Positions 10,689-19,797 are shown, numbered from the whole stretch's first letter. The stretch is 59,415 bases of DNA, filler included, from Candidatus Desantisbacteria bacterium CG1_02_49_89 (GCA_001871075.1; 4 parts of 4 records of this genome joined end to end with filler, not necessarily neighbours in it), one strand, 5' to 3'. Notes: generated by a model from the letters alone, not told the origin. Program-made: numbers and translations.

Positions 10689-11756
10689 ATGGAAAAAAGA
10701 GACTACTACGAAATACTGGGATTAAAGAAAGGCGCTTCTAAGGACGAGATAAAGGACGCATACAGGAAGCTCGCGCTTCTGTGGCACCCGGACAGGGTTG
10801 CCCCGGAAAAGAAAAAGGAAGCCGAGGAGAAGTTTAAGGAAATATCCGAGGCGTACGCGGTGCTTTCCGACGATACCAAAAGGCAGCAGTATGACCAGTT
10901 CGGCCATTCGGGCATAGACAGCCGTTATACAACCGATGACATTTTCAGGAACGCTGATTTCAGTGAGATTTTCGAAAATTTCGGGGTCGGCGATATGTTC
11001 GGGGACAGCGTCTTCGGCGATATTTTCGGAGCCAGGAAAAGAGGCGGGTACCGGCTTAAAGGCCAGGACCTTGAATACCACCTGAGGATTTCCTTAAGAG
11101 AAGCAGCTTCCGGCAAGGAAATGCCGGTAACCATCAGCCACCACGAGTTGTGCCCGACCTGCAGGGGTGACGGTATTAAACCCGGGACCAAAAAGAAGAC
11201 CTGTACTCAATGCCGCGGTTCAGGGGAGGTCAGGTACGCGCAGGGATTTTTCAGTATTTCCCAGCCCTGCCCGCGGTGCAGGGGAACAGGCGAAATAGTA
11301 GAGTTTCCATGCGCTGAATGCCGCNNNNNNNNTGCCGCGGAGAAGGCAGGGTCAGGAAGCCCCGCAAGCTCACAGTCAAGATCCCTCCGGGCGTCAGCAC
11401 GGGTTCTGTCCTGAGGCTGAAGGGAGAAGGAGAGGCGGGGCTGAAGGGCGGGATGTCCGGAGATCTTTTCGTAGTTATCGAAGTTGCCGCGGACCCTGTT
11501 TTCAGGCGCGAGGGTGATGACGTATACTGTGATGTCTCGGTTACTTTTGTGCAGGCAGCGCTTGGCTCTGAAGTTTCGGTCCCCACGCTTGACGGCGACG
11601 TGAAGATGAAGATACCGCCGGGCACGCAGAACGGAAGGCTCTTCAGGCTTAAGGGCAAAGGAATAACGCGCCTGCAGTACAACGGGCGCGGCGACGAATA
11701 CGCGCGCGTAAGCGTGGCAGTGCCTGCCAGCCTTTCCTCAAAAGAAAGGGAACTGC
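10689..11756 (+). CDS. dnaJ: Chaperone DnaJ (3' end cut by contig edge; N gap at 11325-11332)
   Basis: J-domain HPD motif, G/F region, four CxxCxGxG repeats, C-terminal domain in ORF 11318-11812. Confidence 0.95.
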
Positions 11757-11856
11757 NNNNNNNNNNNNNNNNNNNNNNNNNNNNNNNNNNNNNNNNNNNN
11801 TTAATTAATTAANNNNNNNNNNNNNNNNNNNNNNNNNNNNNNNNNNNNNNNNNNNN
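11757..11856. other. Artificial contig-joining linker
   Basis: N run + TTAATTAATTAA (stops in all six frames) + N run. Confidence 0.98.
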
Positions 11857-12196
11857 AAACGCTCACGGTACCTCGACGCTTCTCAATGATAAATGCGAAA
11901 CAATGGCCGTTAAGACGGTTTTCGGCGACCATGCCTATAAGATACCGATAAGCGGAACTAAGTCCATGACAGGCCATCTGCTGGGCGCCGCTGGAGCGAT
12001 AGAAGTGGTCGCAACGGTCCTGGCGCTGGAAAAAGGGATCGCGCCGCCCACCATAAATCAGGAAAATCCGGACCCGGACTGCGACCTTGACTACGTCCCC
12101 AATAAAGCAAGGGAGATGAAGGCTGAAATAGCGCTTTCCAATTCCTTCGCGTTCGGGGGGCACAACGCAACCATAGTAGTGCGCAAGTTCAGGTAG
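11857..12196 (+). CDS. fabF: 3-oxoacyl-ACP synthase II, 3' fragment
   Basis: [30 protein letters not shown]. Confidence 0.93.
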
Positions 12197-12535
12197 CTGC
12201 AGGGCTTGCCCTGCCATTAGTTAAAGAGGTTATCCCTGTAGTTCCGATAAAACTGGAACTTAACACAGGGATCTACGAGTCAGAACGGGGCGGATGACTC
12301 TCCGAAAGGTTAAAAGGGTTAAAAGTTAAATTCAGAGCTGCACTTATGGTCAGAGAGTTAAAATTATATATTGAAATAAAATTCCTTTACTATTGGACAA
12401 TTGTTGAACTGGGAGTGAAATCCCTGTGCCGAAAAACCATTGACCCAGATCTGGTTTGTAGGTCCCCTCTGTCACTTTCGAAAGAAAGTAAAGGGGATTA
12501 TAAGGGCCTGCAGGGAAGCTATTTAGGGGGAAGTA

Positions 12536-13702
12536 ATGGATTACCTATTGAACGAAACGCAGAAAATGGTAGTGGACCTTACGCGAAAGATCGCAAGGGA
12601 AAAGATCACGCCCGCGGTCGCCGCGCATTATGACGAAACCGAGGAATTCCCCTGGGATATCATGAAGATACTGGCTGACGCCGGGCTTTTCGGGGTATAC
12701 ATACCCGAGCAGTACGGCGGGCTGGGCGGGGGCATATTCGAGCTGTGCCTGGTAACAGAGGAGCTGAGCAGGGCGTGCGGGGGTATTTCCATATGCTACG
12801 CGGCTACGGCCCTGGGCGCGTATCCCATACTTATGTCCGGCAGTGAAGAGCAGAAAAAAAAGTATATGCCTGACATAGCCGCGGGTAAAAAGCTGGCGGC
12901 ATTCGGCCTGACAGAGCCAAACGCCGGAAGCGACGCCGGCGGCATACAGACAACCGCGAGGAAAGAGGGCGATCATTACGTGATCAACGGCACTAAGCAG
13001 TGGATCACGAACGGCGGCGAGGCGGAGGTTTACACGATAGTCGCGATGACGGACCGCACCAAAGGCGCCAGGGGCGCCACTGTTTTCATACTTGACAAGG
13101 GCATGCCCGGGTTCGAATTCGGAAAGAAAGAAAAGAAAATGGGCATACGGGCCTCGGCGACCCGCGAACTTATTTTTAACGATTGCAAGGTTTCGGCTGA
13201 CAGGGTCCTCGGCAAGGAAGGAATGGGTTTTATAATAGCGATGAGGAACTTCGACGGGTCCCGCCCCGGAGTGGGCGCGCAGGCCCTGGGCATCGCCCAG
13301 GGTGCTCTTGACGACGCGATAGCGTACGCGCGCCAGAGGATCCAGTTCGGCAAACCGATAATCTCGTTCCAGGCTATACAGCATATGCTGGCTGACATGG
13401 CGACCCAGGTTGAAGCGGCAAGGGCGCTCATTTACGCTACCGCGAGGATGATAGACGCCGGCGTCAAGGATATCGCGAAAGAATCCTGCATGAGCAAGCT
13501 TTTTCCCTCTGACACGGCAATGAAGGTTACCACGGACGCCGTCCAGATCTTCGGCGGGTACGGTTACATGAGGGAGTATCCGGTTGAAAAAAGGATGCGC
13601 GACGCAAAAATAACCCAGATTTACGAGGGGACAAACCAGATACAGCGCAACGTTATCGCCCTGCAGCTGATCAAGCAGTCCGCCAAAGGCCAGAAAGATT
13701 AA
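12536..13702 (+). CDS. Acyl-CoA dehydrogenase (butyryl-CoA dehydrogenase/CarC-like)
   Basis: FGLTEPNAGSDA, GTKQWITNG, RIQFGKPI, QIFGGYGY, IYEGTNQIQR. Confidence 0.93.
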   Translation: MDYLLNETQKMVVDLTRKIAREKITPAVAAHYDETEEFPWDIMKILADAGLFGVYIPEQYGGLGGGIFELCLVTEELSRACGGISICYAATALGAYPILMSGSEEQKKKYMPDIAAGKKLAAFGLTEPNAGSDAGGIQTTARKEGDHYVINGTKQWITNGGEAEVYTIVAMTDRTKGARGATVFILDKGMPGFEFGKKEKKMGIRASATRELIFNDCKVSADRVLGKEGMGFIIAMRNFDGSRPGVGAQALGIAQGALDDAIAYARQRIQFGKPIISFQAIQHMLADMATQVEAARALIYATARMIDAGVKDIAKESCMSKLFPSDTAMKVTTDAVQIFGGYGYMREYPVEKRMRDAKITQIYEGTNQIQRNVIALQLIKQSAKGQKD

Positions 13703-13808
13703 GATTTGGGTTAAAATCAGTTTATAAAGTTTACAGAGTTTACAAAGTTAAAACTGTGATAATCTGTGTCTAATTTTATTTCGTGCTTTCGTGGAAAAGA
13801 GGCCTTTC

Positions 13809-14600
13809 ATGAATATTATAGTGTGCATAAAGCAGGTGCCTGACACCGCCGCGATCCAGCTGGTAAGGATAAATCCCCAGACAAACACGCTGGTCAGGGA
13901 AGGCATACCCGCTATCATAAACCCGTTTGACGAGAACGCGATAGAGGAGGGGCTGCGCCTCCGCGAGAAATACGGCGGGGAAGTCACGGTCCTGAGCATG
14001 GGGCCGCCCCAGGTCGAGAAGGCGCTCAAGGACGCTATTGCGATGGGCGCGGACAAGGCAGTGCTCCTGTGCGACAGGGCTTTTGCCGGGGCTGATACGC
14101 TCGCGACCTCATACACCCTTGCGTGCGCCATCAAAAAAATGGGGAATTATGACCTGCTGCTGTTCGGCAAGCAGGCTATCGACGGGGATACCGCGCAGGT
14201 TGGGCCCGGAGTCGCGGAGCACCTCGGCATACCCCAGGTGACGTTCGTAAGGAAGATCGAGATAGAGAACCAAACGATAAGAGCGGAACGGACCCTTGAG
14301 GACAGCTTTGAGCTCGTTGAAGCGAAACTTCCGATACTGGTCACGGTGACAAAAGAGATGAACACGCCGCGCTATCCTTCTCTTAAAGGCATGATGAAAG
14401 CAAAGGCGGCCCAGATAACCGTGTGGGGCTTGCAGGATATTGACGCGGACCCCAACCGCGTGGGGCTGACCGGGTCTACGACCCAGGTTATTAAGATATT
14501 CACGCCGGAAATGCGCAAGAAGGGCGAGATCCTGCGGGGCGAACCGGACCAGATGGCAGAAGCCCTTGTCGGCAAACTGCGCGATAGCAAAGTCCTTTAG
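13809..14600 (+). CDS. etfB: Electron transfer flavoprotein beta subunit
   Basis: VCIKQVPD, DRAFAGADTLAT, GKQAIDGDTAQVGP. Confidence 0.95.
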   Translation: MNIIVCIKQVPDTAAIQLVRINPQTNTLVREGIPAIINPFDENAIEEGLRLREKYGGEVTVLSMGPPQVEKALKDAIAMGADKAVLLCDRAFAGADTLATSYTLACAIKKMGNYDLLLFGKQAIDGDTAQVGPGVAEHLGIPQVTFVRKIEIENQTIRAERTLEDSFELVEAKLPILVTVTKEMNTPRYPSLKGMMKAKAAQITVWGLQDIDADPNRVGLTGSTTQVIKIFTPEMRKKGEILRGEPDQMAEALVGKLRDSKVL

Positions 14601-14720
14601 ATGATGATTACGGTGATTTCTAAAAGATGATTACGTTGATTATAACTAAGATTATGGTAACTTTAAATAATCACTGTAATCTCTTTACTAATCACTGTAA
14701 TCAAAGAAAATGGAAAATAT

Positions 14721-15911
14721 ATGGACAACATTAAGGTAATTATAGAAAAATGCACCGGTTGCAAGCTCTGCGTTAAGAAATGCCCGTTCGGCGCGGTCGA
14801 GTTAGTGGATAAAAAAGCGGTGATCAGGGATAACTGCAACCTGTGCGGCGCGTGCGCCGAGGCGTGCAAATCCGGCGCCATCGAGATAACCAGAAAAGTA
14901 ATACACGCGGACCTGTCCGCGTATAAAGGCGTGTGGGTGTTTGCCGAGCAGAAGGAAGGCAGGATCATGCCTGTTACCTTTGAACTGCTGGGTGAAGGCC
15001 GCAAGCTTGCGGACAAGCTGGGCACAGAGCTCGCGGCGGTTTATATCGGCGAGAAGACGCAGGGGATCGCGGAAGAACTCTTCGCGTACGGGGCGGATAA
15101 GGCGTATATCGCGGGTTCACCGCTCATGGGCCTGTACAGGAACGAATTCTACGCGAGGGTGCTTACAAGGCTGGTCACGGAATACAAGCCGGAGATCGTG
15201 CTGGTGGGCGCCACCGTGATAGGCAGGTCACTTGCCCCGAGCGTCGCGGCAAGGATCAAATGCGGCCTTACCGCTGACTGCACCGGACTTGAAATAGACA
15301 CGGAAAAAAAGATACTGATGCAGACGCGCCCGGCGTTCGGCGGCAACATTATGGCAACCATAATTTCGCCCAACCACCGCCCGCAGATGGCAACTGTCCG
15401 CCCCAGGGTCATGAAGAGGATCGCAAAACAGGCAGGCAGGAAGGGCGAAGTTGTCACGGTTGACCCGAAAATTTCCGCTGAGGACGCGGTTGTCGAGATA
15501 CTGAAGATTATCAAACCGGAAGAGCAGGTTGTGGATCTGCAGGAAGCCGACATCATCGTTTCCGGCGGCAGGGGTATCGGGAAAGCCGAGAACTTTTCCC
15601 TTATTAGAGAACTTGCGGAGACCATAGGAGGGGCTGTGGGAGCTTCGCGCGCGACAGTGGACGCGGGCTGGATCCCTTCATACCACCAGGTCGGCCAGAC
15701 AGGCAAGACCGTCTGCCCAAAGCTTTACATTGCATGCGGCATATCAGGCCAGGTCCAGCACCTTGTAGGCATGCAGGGCTCGGATGTGATAGTCGCGGTA
15801 AACAAGGACCCCAGCGCGCCGATCTTCAACGTTGCCACGTACGGGATAGTGGGCGACCTGTTCGAGGTCGTCCCCCTGCTTGTAAAGAAATTCAAAGAAG
15901 CCCTTAAATAA
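14721..15911 (+). CDS. etfA: Electron transfer flavoprotein alpha subunit with N-terminal 2[4Fe-4S] ferredoxin domain
   Basis: CTGCKLCVKKCP and CNLCGACAEAC; GLTADCT, RPAFGGN, QVGQTGK, GISGQVQH. Confidence 0.95.
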   Translation: MDNIKVIIEKCTGCKLCVKKCPFGAVELVDKKAVIRDNCNLCGACAEACKSGAIEITRKVIHADLSAYKGVWVFAEQKEGRIMPVTFELLGEGRKLADKLGTELAAVYIGEKTQGIAEELFAYGADKAYIAGSPLMGLYRNEFYARVLTRLVTEYKPEIVLVGATVIGRSLAPSVAARIKCGLTADCTGLEIDTEKKILMQTRPAFGGNIMATIISPNHRPQMATVRPRVMKRIAKQAGRKGEVVTVDPKISAEDAVVEILKIIKPEEQVVDLQEADIIVSGGRGIGKAENFSLIRELAETIGGAVGASRATVDAGWIPSYHQVGQTGKTVCPKLYIACGISGQVQHLVGMQGSDVIVAVNKDPSAPIFNVATYGIVGDLFEVVPLLVKKFKEALK

Positions 15912-16116
15912 AATATTAATTATGAATGCTGAATTATGAATTATGAATCAACAACAAGGTATTTTTGAAATTGTCCCAAAGGGATCCCTTCGGGATAACT
16001 CAGGGCTTCTCGAAGACCCGCCAATCCTTAAGGTGGGAGCCCTGATTCCTTCATTCATAACTCATAACTCATAATTCATAATTGAACTCAATAAGAAAAT
16101 TAAGGAGGTTTTAAAA

Positions 16117-16593
16117 ATGAGCTGGGGTTTAGCTTTATCGATTCTTGGCGCGGCGTTCGCTGCGGGTTTTGCGGGAATAGGTTCTGCCAAGGGAGTGGGG
16201 CTCGCAGGAGCGGCAGCCGACGGGCTGCTCACTGAGGAGCCGGACAAGTTCGGCACGATGCTTCTGCTTGTGGGCCTGCCCGGGACCCAGGGGATCTACG
16301 GATTCCTTATTTGCTTCCTGGTAGTGATGAAGATAGGGCTTCTGACCGGAAAGATACCCGACATTTCATTTCTGCAGGGATTAAGCATATTTTTCGCCTG
16401 TATTCCGGTTGGGCTGGTGGGCTGGATATCCGCGATACATCAGGGTAAATCCTGCGCAGCCGGCATCGCGGTAGTCGCGAAACAGCCTAAGGACATGATG
16501 AAGGCGCTTATATACGGCGTTATGGTCGAGACGTACGCGGTCCTGGGACTGCTTGCGAGCATAATCCTGCTCAACGGCATTAAGCTCGTCTGA
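16117..16593 (+). CDS. ntpK: V/A-type ATP synthase subunit K (4-TM proteolipid)
   Basis: AGIGSAKGVG, LPGTQGIYG, SAIHQG, MVETYAVL. Confidence 0.93.
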   Translation: MSWGLALSILGAAFAAGFAGIGSAKGVGLAGAAADGLLTEEPDKFGTMLLLVGLPGTQGIYGFLICFLVVMKIGLLTGKIPDISFLQGLSIFFACIPVGLVGWISAIHQGKSCAAGIAVVAKQPKDMMKALIYGVMVETYAVLGLLASIILLNGIKLV

Positions 16594-16831
16594 ACTACAG
16601 TCATTTGTCATTAGTCATTTGTAAAAAGCCAAATATTTCTCCGTACTTCCGTCATTCCGTGTTTCCTTGGTAGTATTTAAAAGCAGTTTGCAAAGTTTAT
16701 AGAGTTTACATAGTTTGCAAAGTTAAAACCGTGATAATCTGTGTTGATCTGTGTCTAATTTTATTTCGTGTTTTCGTGATACTTTCGTGTTTTCGTGGAA
16801 ATCTGTAATCTGTGGTTGGGAAAGGATGTTT

Positions 16832-17416
16832 ATGGCGATCGAAGCGATTATCCGGAAAATTTTAGGCGACGCGCGTAAAGAGGCGGATGCAATAAGATCA
16901 AAGGCGTCAGGCCAGGCGGAAGGGATACTGGCAGAAGCCAGGGCCAGGGCTGAACTGCTGAAAGCGGATATTGGCGAGAAGGCAGGCGGGCGCGCGAGGC
17001 AGGAAGAGGAAAGAATGAGGATTTCCGCGGTCATAGACGCCAAAAAGCAGGTCCTGGCGGAAAAACAGAAAGCCATATCTGCCGTGTTCAGCGCGGCGCT
17101 TGAAGAGATCAAGGGCATGGACAAAGCAGGATACCAGGATATAATCGGGAAGATGCTTTCGTCCGCTGACGGAGACGAGGAGGTTATAATACCTTCCTCA
17201 GAAAAAAGGATAGATGCCGCGTTCATAGAGAAGATCAATAAAACGTATTTTAAAAAGAAGGCGGGCTTTCGCCTGTCGGTCGAAAAGAGGGAAATGCCGG
17301 GTGGCGGTTTCATACTGAAGAAAGAGCGCGTGGAGAAGAATAATTCGTTCGCCGTTATCCTGAATTCGCTGAGGCCGGTGATCGAAAGGCAGCTGGCGGA
17401 AATGTTATTTAAATAA
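16832..17416 (+). CDS. ntpE: V/A-type ATP synthase subunit E
   Basis: IIRKILGDARKEA coiled coil, GGFIL and NNSF motifs; follows subunit K. Confidence 0.85.
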   Translation: MAIEAIIRKILGDARKEADAIRSKASGQAEGILAEARARAELLKADIGEKAGGRARQEEERMRISAVIDAKKQVLAEKQKAISAVFSAALEEIKGMDKAGYQDIIGKMLSSADGDEEVIIPSSEKRIDAAFIEKINKTYFKKKAGFRLSVEKREMPGGGFILKKERVEKNNSFAVILNSLRPVIERQLAEMLFK

Positions 17417-17518
17417 CCGATCCCTTCCTTTTCCCTCTCCCCGATGCGGGAGAGGGTGGGGGTGAGGGGAATTTGTAGGGGCTCAATTCATTGAGCCCGA
17501 ATGGTAGCTGAAACTAAA

Positions 17519-18496
17519 ATGTCAAACACCAAGGAATTATTTTCTGAGATCGAAAAGGGCGCAATAAGGCCCTTTTATATTTTTGCCGGAGTGGAAGAAT
17601 ACCTGAAGGAAGAAGCGGTTGAAAAGATAAAAAAGAAGCTGATAGATCCTTCCCAGGAAGCCTTCAATTATTACGTCAAACAGGGCGACGAAGTATTTTC
17701 TTCGGGCATCAGTTCCCTGCTTGGCGCCTGCCAGACCGTCCCTTTTTTCAGCCAGAAAAAACTGATCGTCGTGAAAAATGCGGAAGCGGCGTGCAAATTA
17801 AAAGATATCGCCGAATACGCCCGGGACCCGGTTCCCAGCACCTGCCTTATCCTTACGGTCCTGAAGACCGAAACCGCCCTGAAAAAATACGAGGTTATGT
17901 TCTATAGTCCCTTTGTCCCTGAAGCCAAAGCCTGGATCCGGAAAAGGGCCGCGGAAGAGGGCAAAAAAATGACGGAACCGGCTGTTAACGCCCTGCTGGA
18001 AAGGGCGGGCACCGGCCTGGGCCTGCTGTCAAAAGAGATAGAGAAGCTCGCGTTGTTTTCAGGCAGGAAGGAAAGCATAGAAGAAGAGGATGTCAGGGCG
18101 GTGATCTCAAGCAGGGAAGCGCCTGACGTATGGAACCTGGTGGATTGCGTGGCTGAAAGAAGAAAAGACGAGGCTCTGAGATCCGCGGGGATCCTTATCA
18201 GGGAAGGAATATCGCCCGGCTACCTGATCGCTATGATGGCAAGGCAGTTCAGGATGATAATGATCGCTAAGCAGCTTATAGAGAAAAAACGTTCCAGCGC
18301 TGAGATAGGAGCCGCGATCGGTTCTAGATCGCCGAGGCAGACGGGAAAGGTTATGGAGCAGGGAAGGAAATTCTCGCAGAAGGAACTGGAGGATAACCTG
18401 AACCGGCTCCTTGATACCGAATTCAACATCAAGTCCGGCAGGATCTCAGAGGATCTTGCTCTTGAAATATTGGTAAGCAAGTTATGCAGCGCGTAG
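17519..18496 (+). CDS. holA: DNA polymerase III delta subunit
   Basis: PFYIFAGVEEYL, CQTVPFF..KKLIVVK, EIEKL, IKSG; convergent with rpsT as commonly seen. Alternative start at 17501. Confidence 0.88.
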   Translation: MSNTKELFSEIEKGAIRPFYIFAGVEEYLKEEAVEKIKKKLIDPSQEAFNYYVKQGDEVFSSGISSLLGACQTVPFFSQKKLIVVKNAEAACKLKDIAEYARDPVPSTCLILTVLKTETALKKYEVMFYSPFVPEAKAWIRKRAAEEGKKMTEPAVNALLERAGTGLGLLSKEIEKLALFSGRKESIEEEDVRAVISSREAPDVWNLVDCVAERRKDEALRSAGILIREGISPGYLIAMMARQFRMIMIAKQLIEKKRSSAEIGAAIGSRSPRQTGKVMEQGRKFSQKELEDNLNRLLDTEFNIKSGRISEDLALEILVSKLCSA

Positions 18497-18576
18497 GGGC
18501 GGGCTTGCCCGCCCTTGTAGCGGTCCCGATTTACCTGTCCGCCAGTTAGTTTGGAGGATCGGGATATCTTTCTTTA

Positions 18577-18909
18577 TTAGATCTTATTGGCTTTTAACGC
18601 GAGCCTTGATTTATGCCTTGCCGCTTTGTTTTTGTGTATCACGCCGCTCCGGGCCGTTTTATCCAGGGTGCTGAATGCCAGGCTCAGGGCTTCTTTTATC
18701 TTTTGTTTGTCTTTTGAGGCGATAGCGAGCTCTGTGTTCTTGAGCGTGGCTTTCAGGTTCTTTTTTATCCCTGAATTATGCTCCCTTTTTCTTTTTTCCT
18801 GCCTTATCCTTTTTAGTATAGAGGGTTTTCTTTTCTTTACTTTAGGTTTTGCCGGTGCCCCTGCCGGCGCTGCCGGCGCTGCTGCCTTTTTCTTTTTTTC
18901 TTCCGCCAT
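18577..18909 (-). CDS. rpsT: 30S ribosomal protein S20 with N-terminal Lys/Ala/Pro extension
   Basis: SILKRIRQ..N, LDKTARSGVIHKNKAARHKSRL. Confidence 0.93.
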   Translation of the reverse strand: MAEEKKKKAAAPAAPAGAPAKPKVKKRKPSILKRIRQEKRKREHNSGIKKNLKATLKNTELAIASKDKQKIKEALSLAFSTLDKTARSGVIHKNKAARHKSRLALKANKI

Positions 18910-19000
18910 TTTTCCTCCAGTTAGTATTAATCGGTGTAATCATTTTTAAATAATCACTGTAATCATTAGTCTGCGATAATCACCGTAATCATCTTTTAGT

Positions 19001-19028
19001 ATTATATCTGTTTTCCGCTAAATGTCAA
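19001..19028 (-). promoter_or_regulatory. Sigma70-type promoter for rpsT
   Basis: Minus strand TTGACA (19028-19023), 16 bp spacer, TATAAT (19006-19001). Confidence 0.75.
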
Positions 19029-19059
19029 GTTTAAATGTCCTTTCACTTTTGTATATCCA

Positions 19060-19352
19060 TATTACCTTCTCCCCTTGCTTGTCCGCCAATCTTGGTGGAG
19101 GGCGGGAGAAGGCGAGGATGAGGGGATACGCGCAGGGGCGGGGTTTATCCTGAATCTGAGCGACCTGTCCTTCGAAGCCTGAAAGGCGTAGTAGGAAGTG
19201 AATGGTTCAGAGACTTGCCCGCCCAAAGGTAGCCGCGGGCTTCAGCCTGCGCGTAGGGGCGACTTTGGTCGCCCTATTTAAATTCCTCTGTTTCCCTCTT
19301 TATCAAAGGGGGATTTTGCCCGCCCTTTGTAGCGGTCGCATTCATGCGACGT
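19060..19352. repeat. Cluster of GTAG-type REP-like hairpins with nested small palindromes
   Basis: GTAGCCGCGGGCTTCAGCCTGCG, GTAGGGGCGACTTTGGTCGCCCT, GTAGCGGTCGCATTCATGCGAC and others in series. Confidence 0.75.
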
Positions 19353-19419
19353 ATTTCTATTTAACATGAAGATAAAAGAAGATAGAAAAGTATAAAAGAT
19401 ATAAAAAGTACCTTTATTC

Positions 19420-19447
19420 TTGACAAATAGCGATTTCGAGTTATAAT
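19420..19447 (+). promoter_or_regulatory. Consensus sigma70 promoter with no gene directly downstream
   Basis: TTGACA (19420-19425), 16 bp, TATAAT (19442-19447). Confidence 0.6.
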
Positions 19448-19743
19448 ACATATATACCCAACTTCCTCTTATCCATCTTCCTAACCCATAAAAATCTCTC
19501 CCGATTACTCATTCCAAATTCCCTTCAATCTATGAAATCTACTGTTCTTATCCTACTAATGACAAATGACTAATGACTAATTGACAGCAGACGAGCCCGG
19601 GGGATTTTTGTTTTTAAGTAAAAGAATAGAAGAATTAGGCTATTGCTGTCCGAAGATCCTGATACATGCCAATTGGGATCCGCGTTTCTTTGCCTTAGTG
19701 TCCTCAAGTTAAGATTTAATTCTCTATCAGTAGGCGGCGAAAC

Positions 19744-19771
19744 TTGAAAAACCCAAAAAAGGCTGTATAAT
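19744..19771 (+). promoter_or_regulatory. Promoter of the IS transposase
   Basis: TTGAAA, 16 bp, TATAAT; AAGGAGG RBS precedes the TTG start at 19798. Confidence 0.6.
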
Positions 19772-19797
19772 AGTAGTAAGTCTTAAGGAGGACACTG

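Noticed and set aside
11318-11340. Apparent frameshift splitting dnaJ
   Set aside because: TGCCGC is duplicated on both sides of an 8-N gap, a scaffolding artefact
11757-11856. TTAATTAATTAA palindromes in N runs (also 21453-21552 and 29194-29293) as a biological repeat
   Set aside because: Identical 100-bp six-frame-stop linkers joining contigs; neighbours across them are not linked
12346-12633. Short or antisense ORFs such as 12346-12633, 121-1056, 7183-8118 and 36641-37462
   Set aside because: They overlap well-supported genes or repeats and show no protein motifs
16751-16831. N-terminal extensions of V-ATPase E, EtfB, QueF and the K+ channel in the ORF track
   Set aside because: They are translations of intergenic repeats; downstream ATGs match the expected family starts
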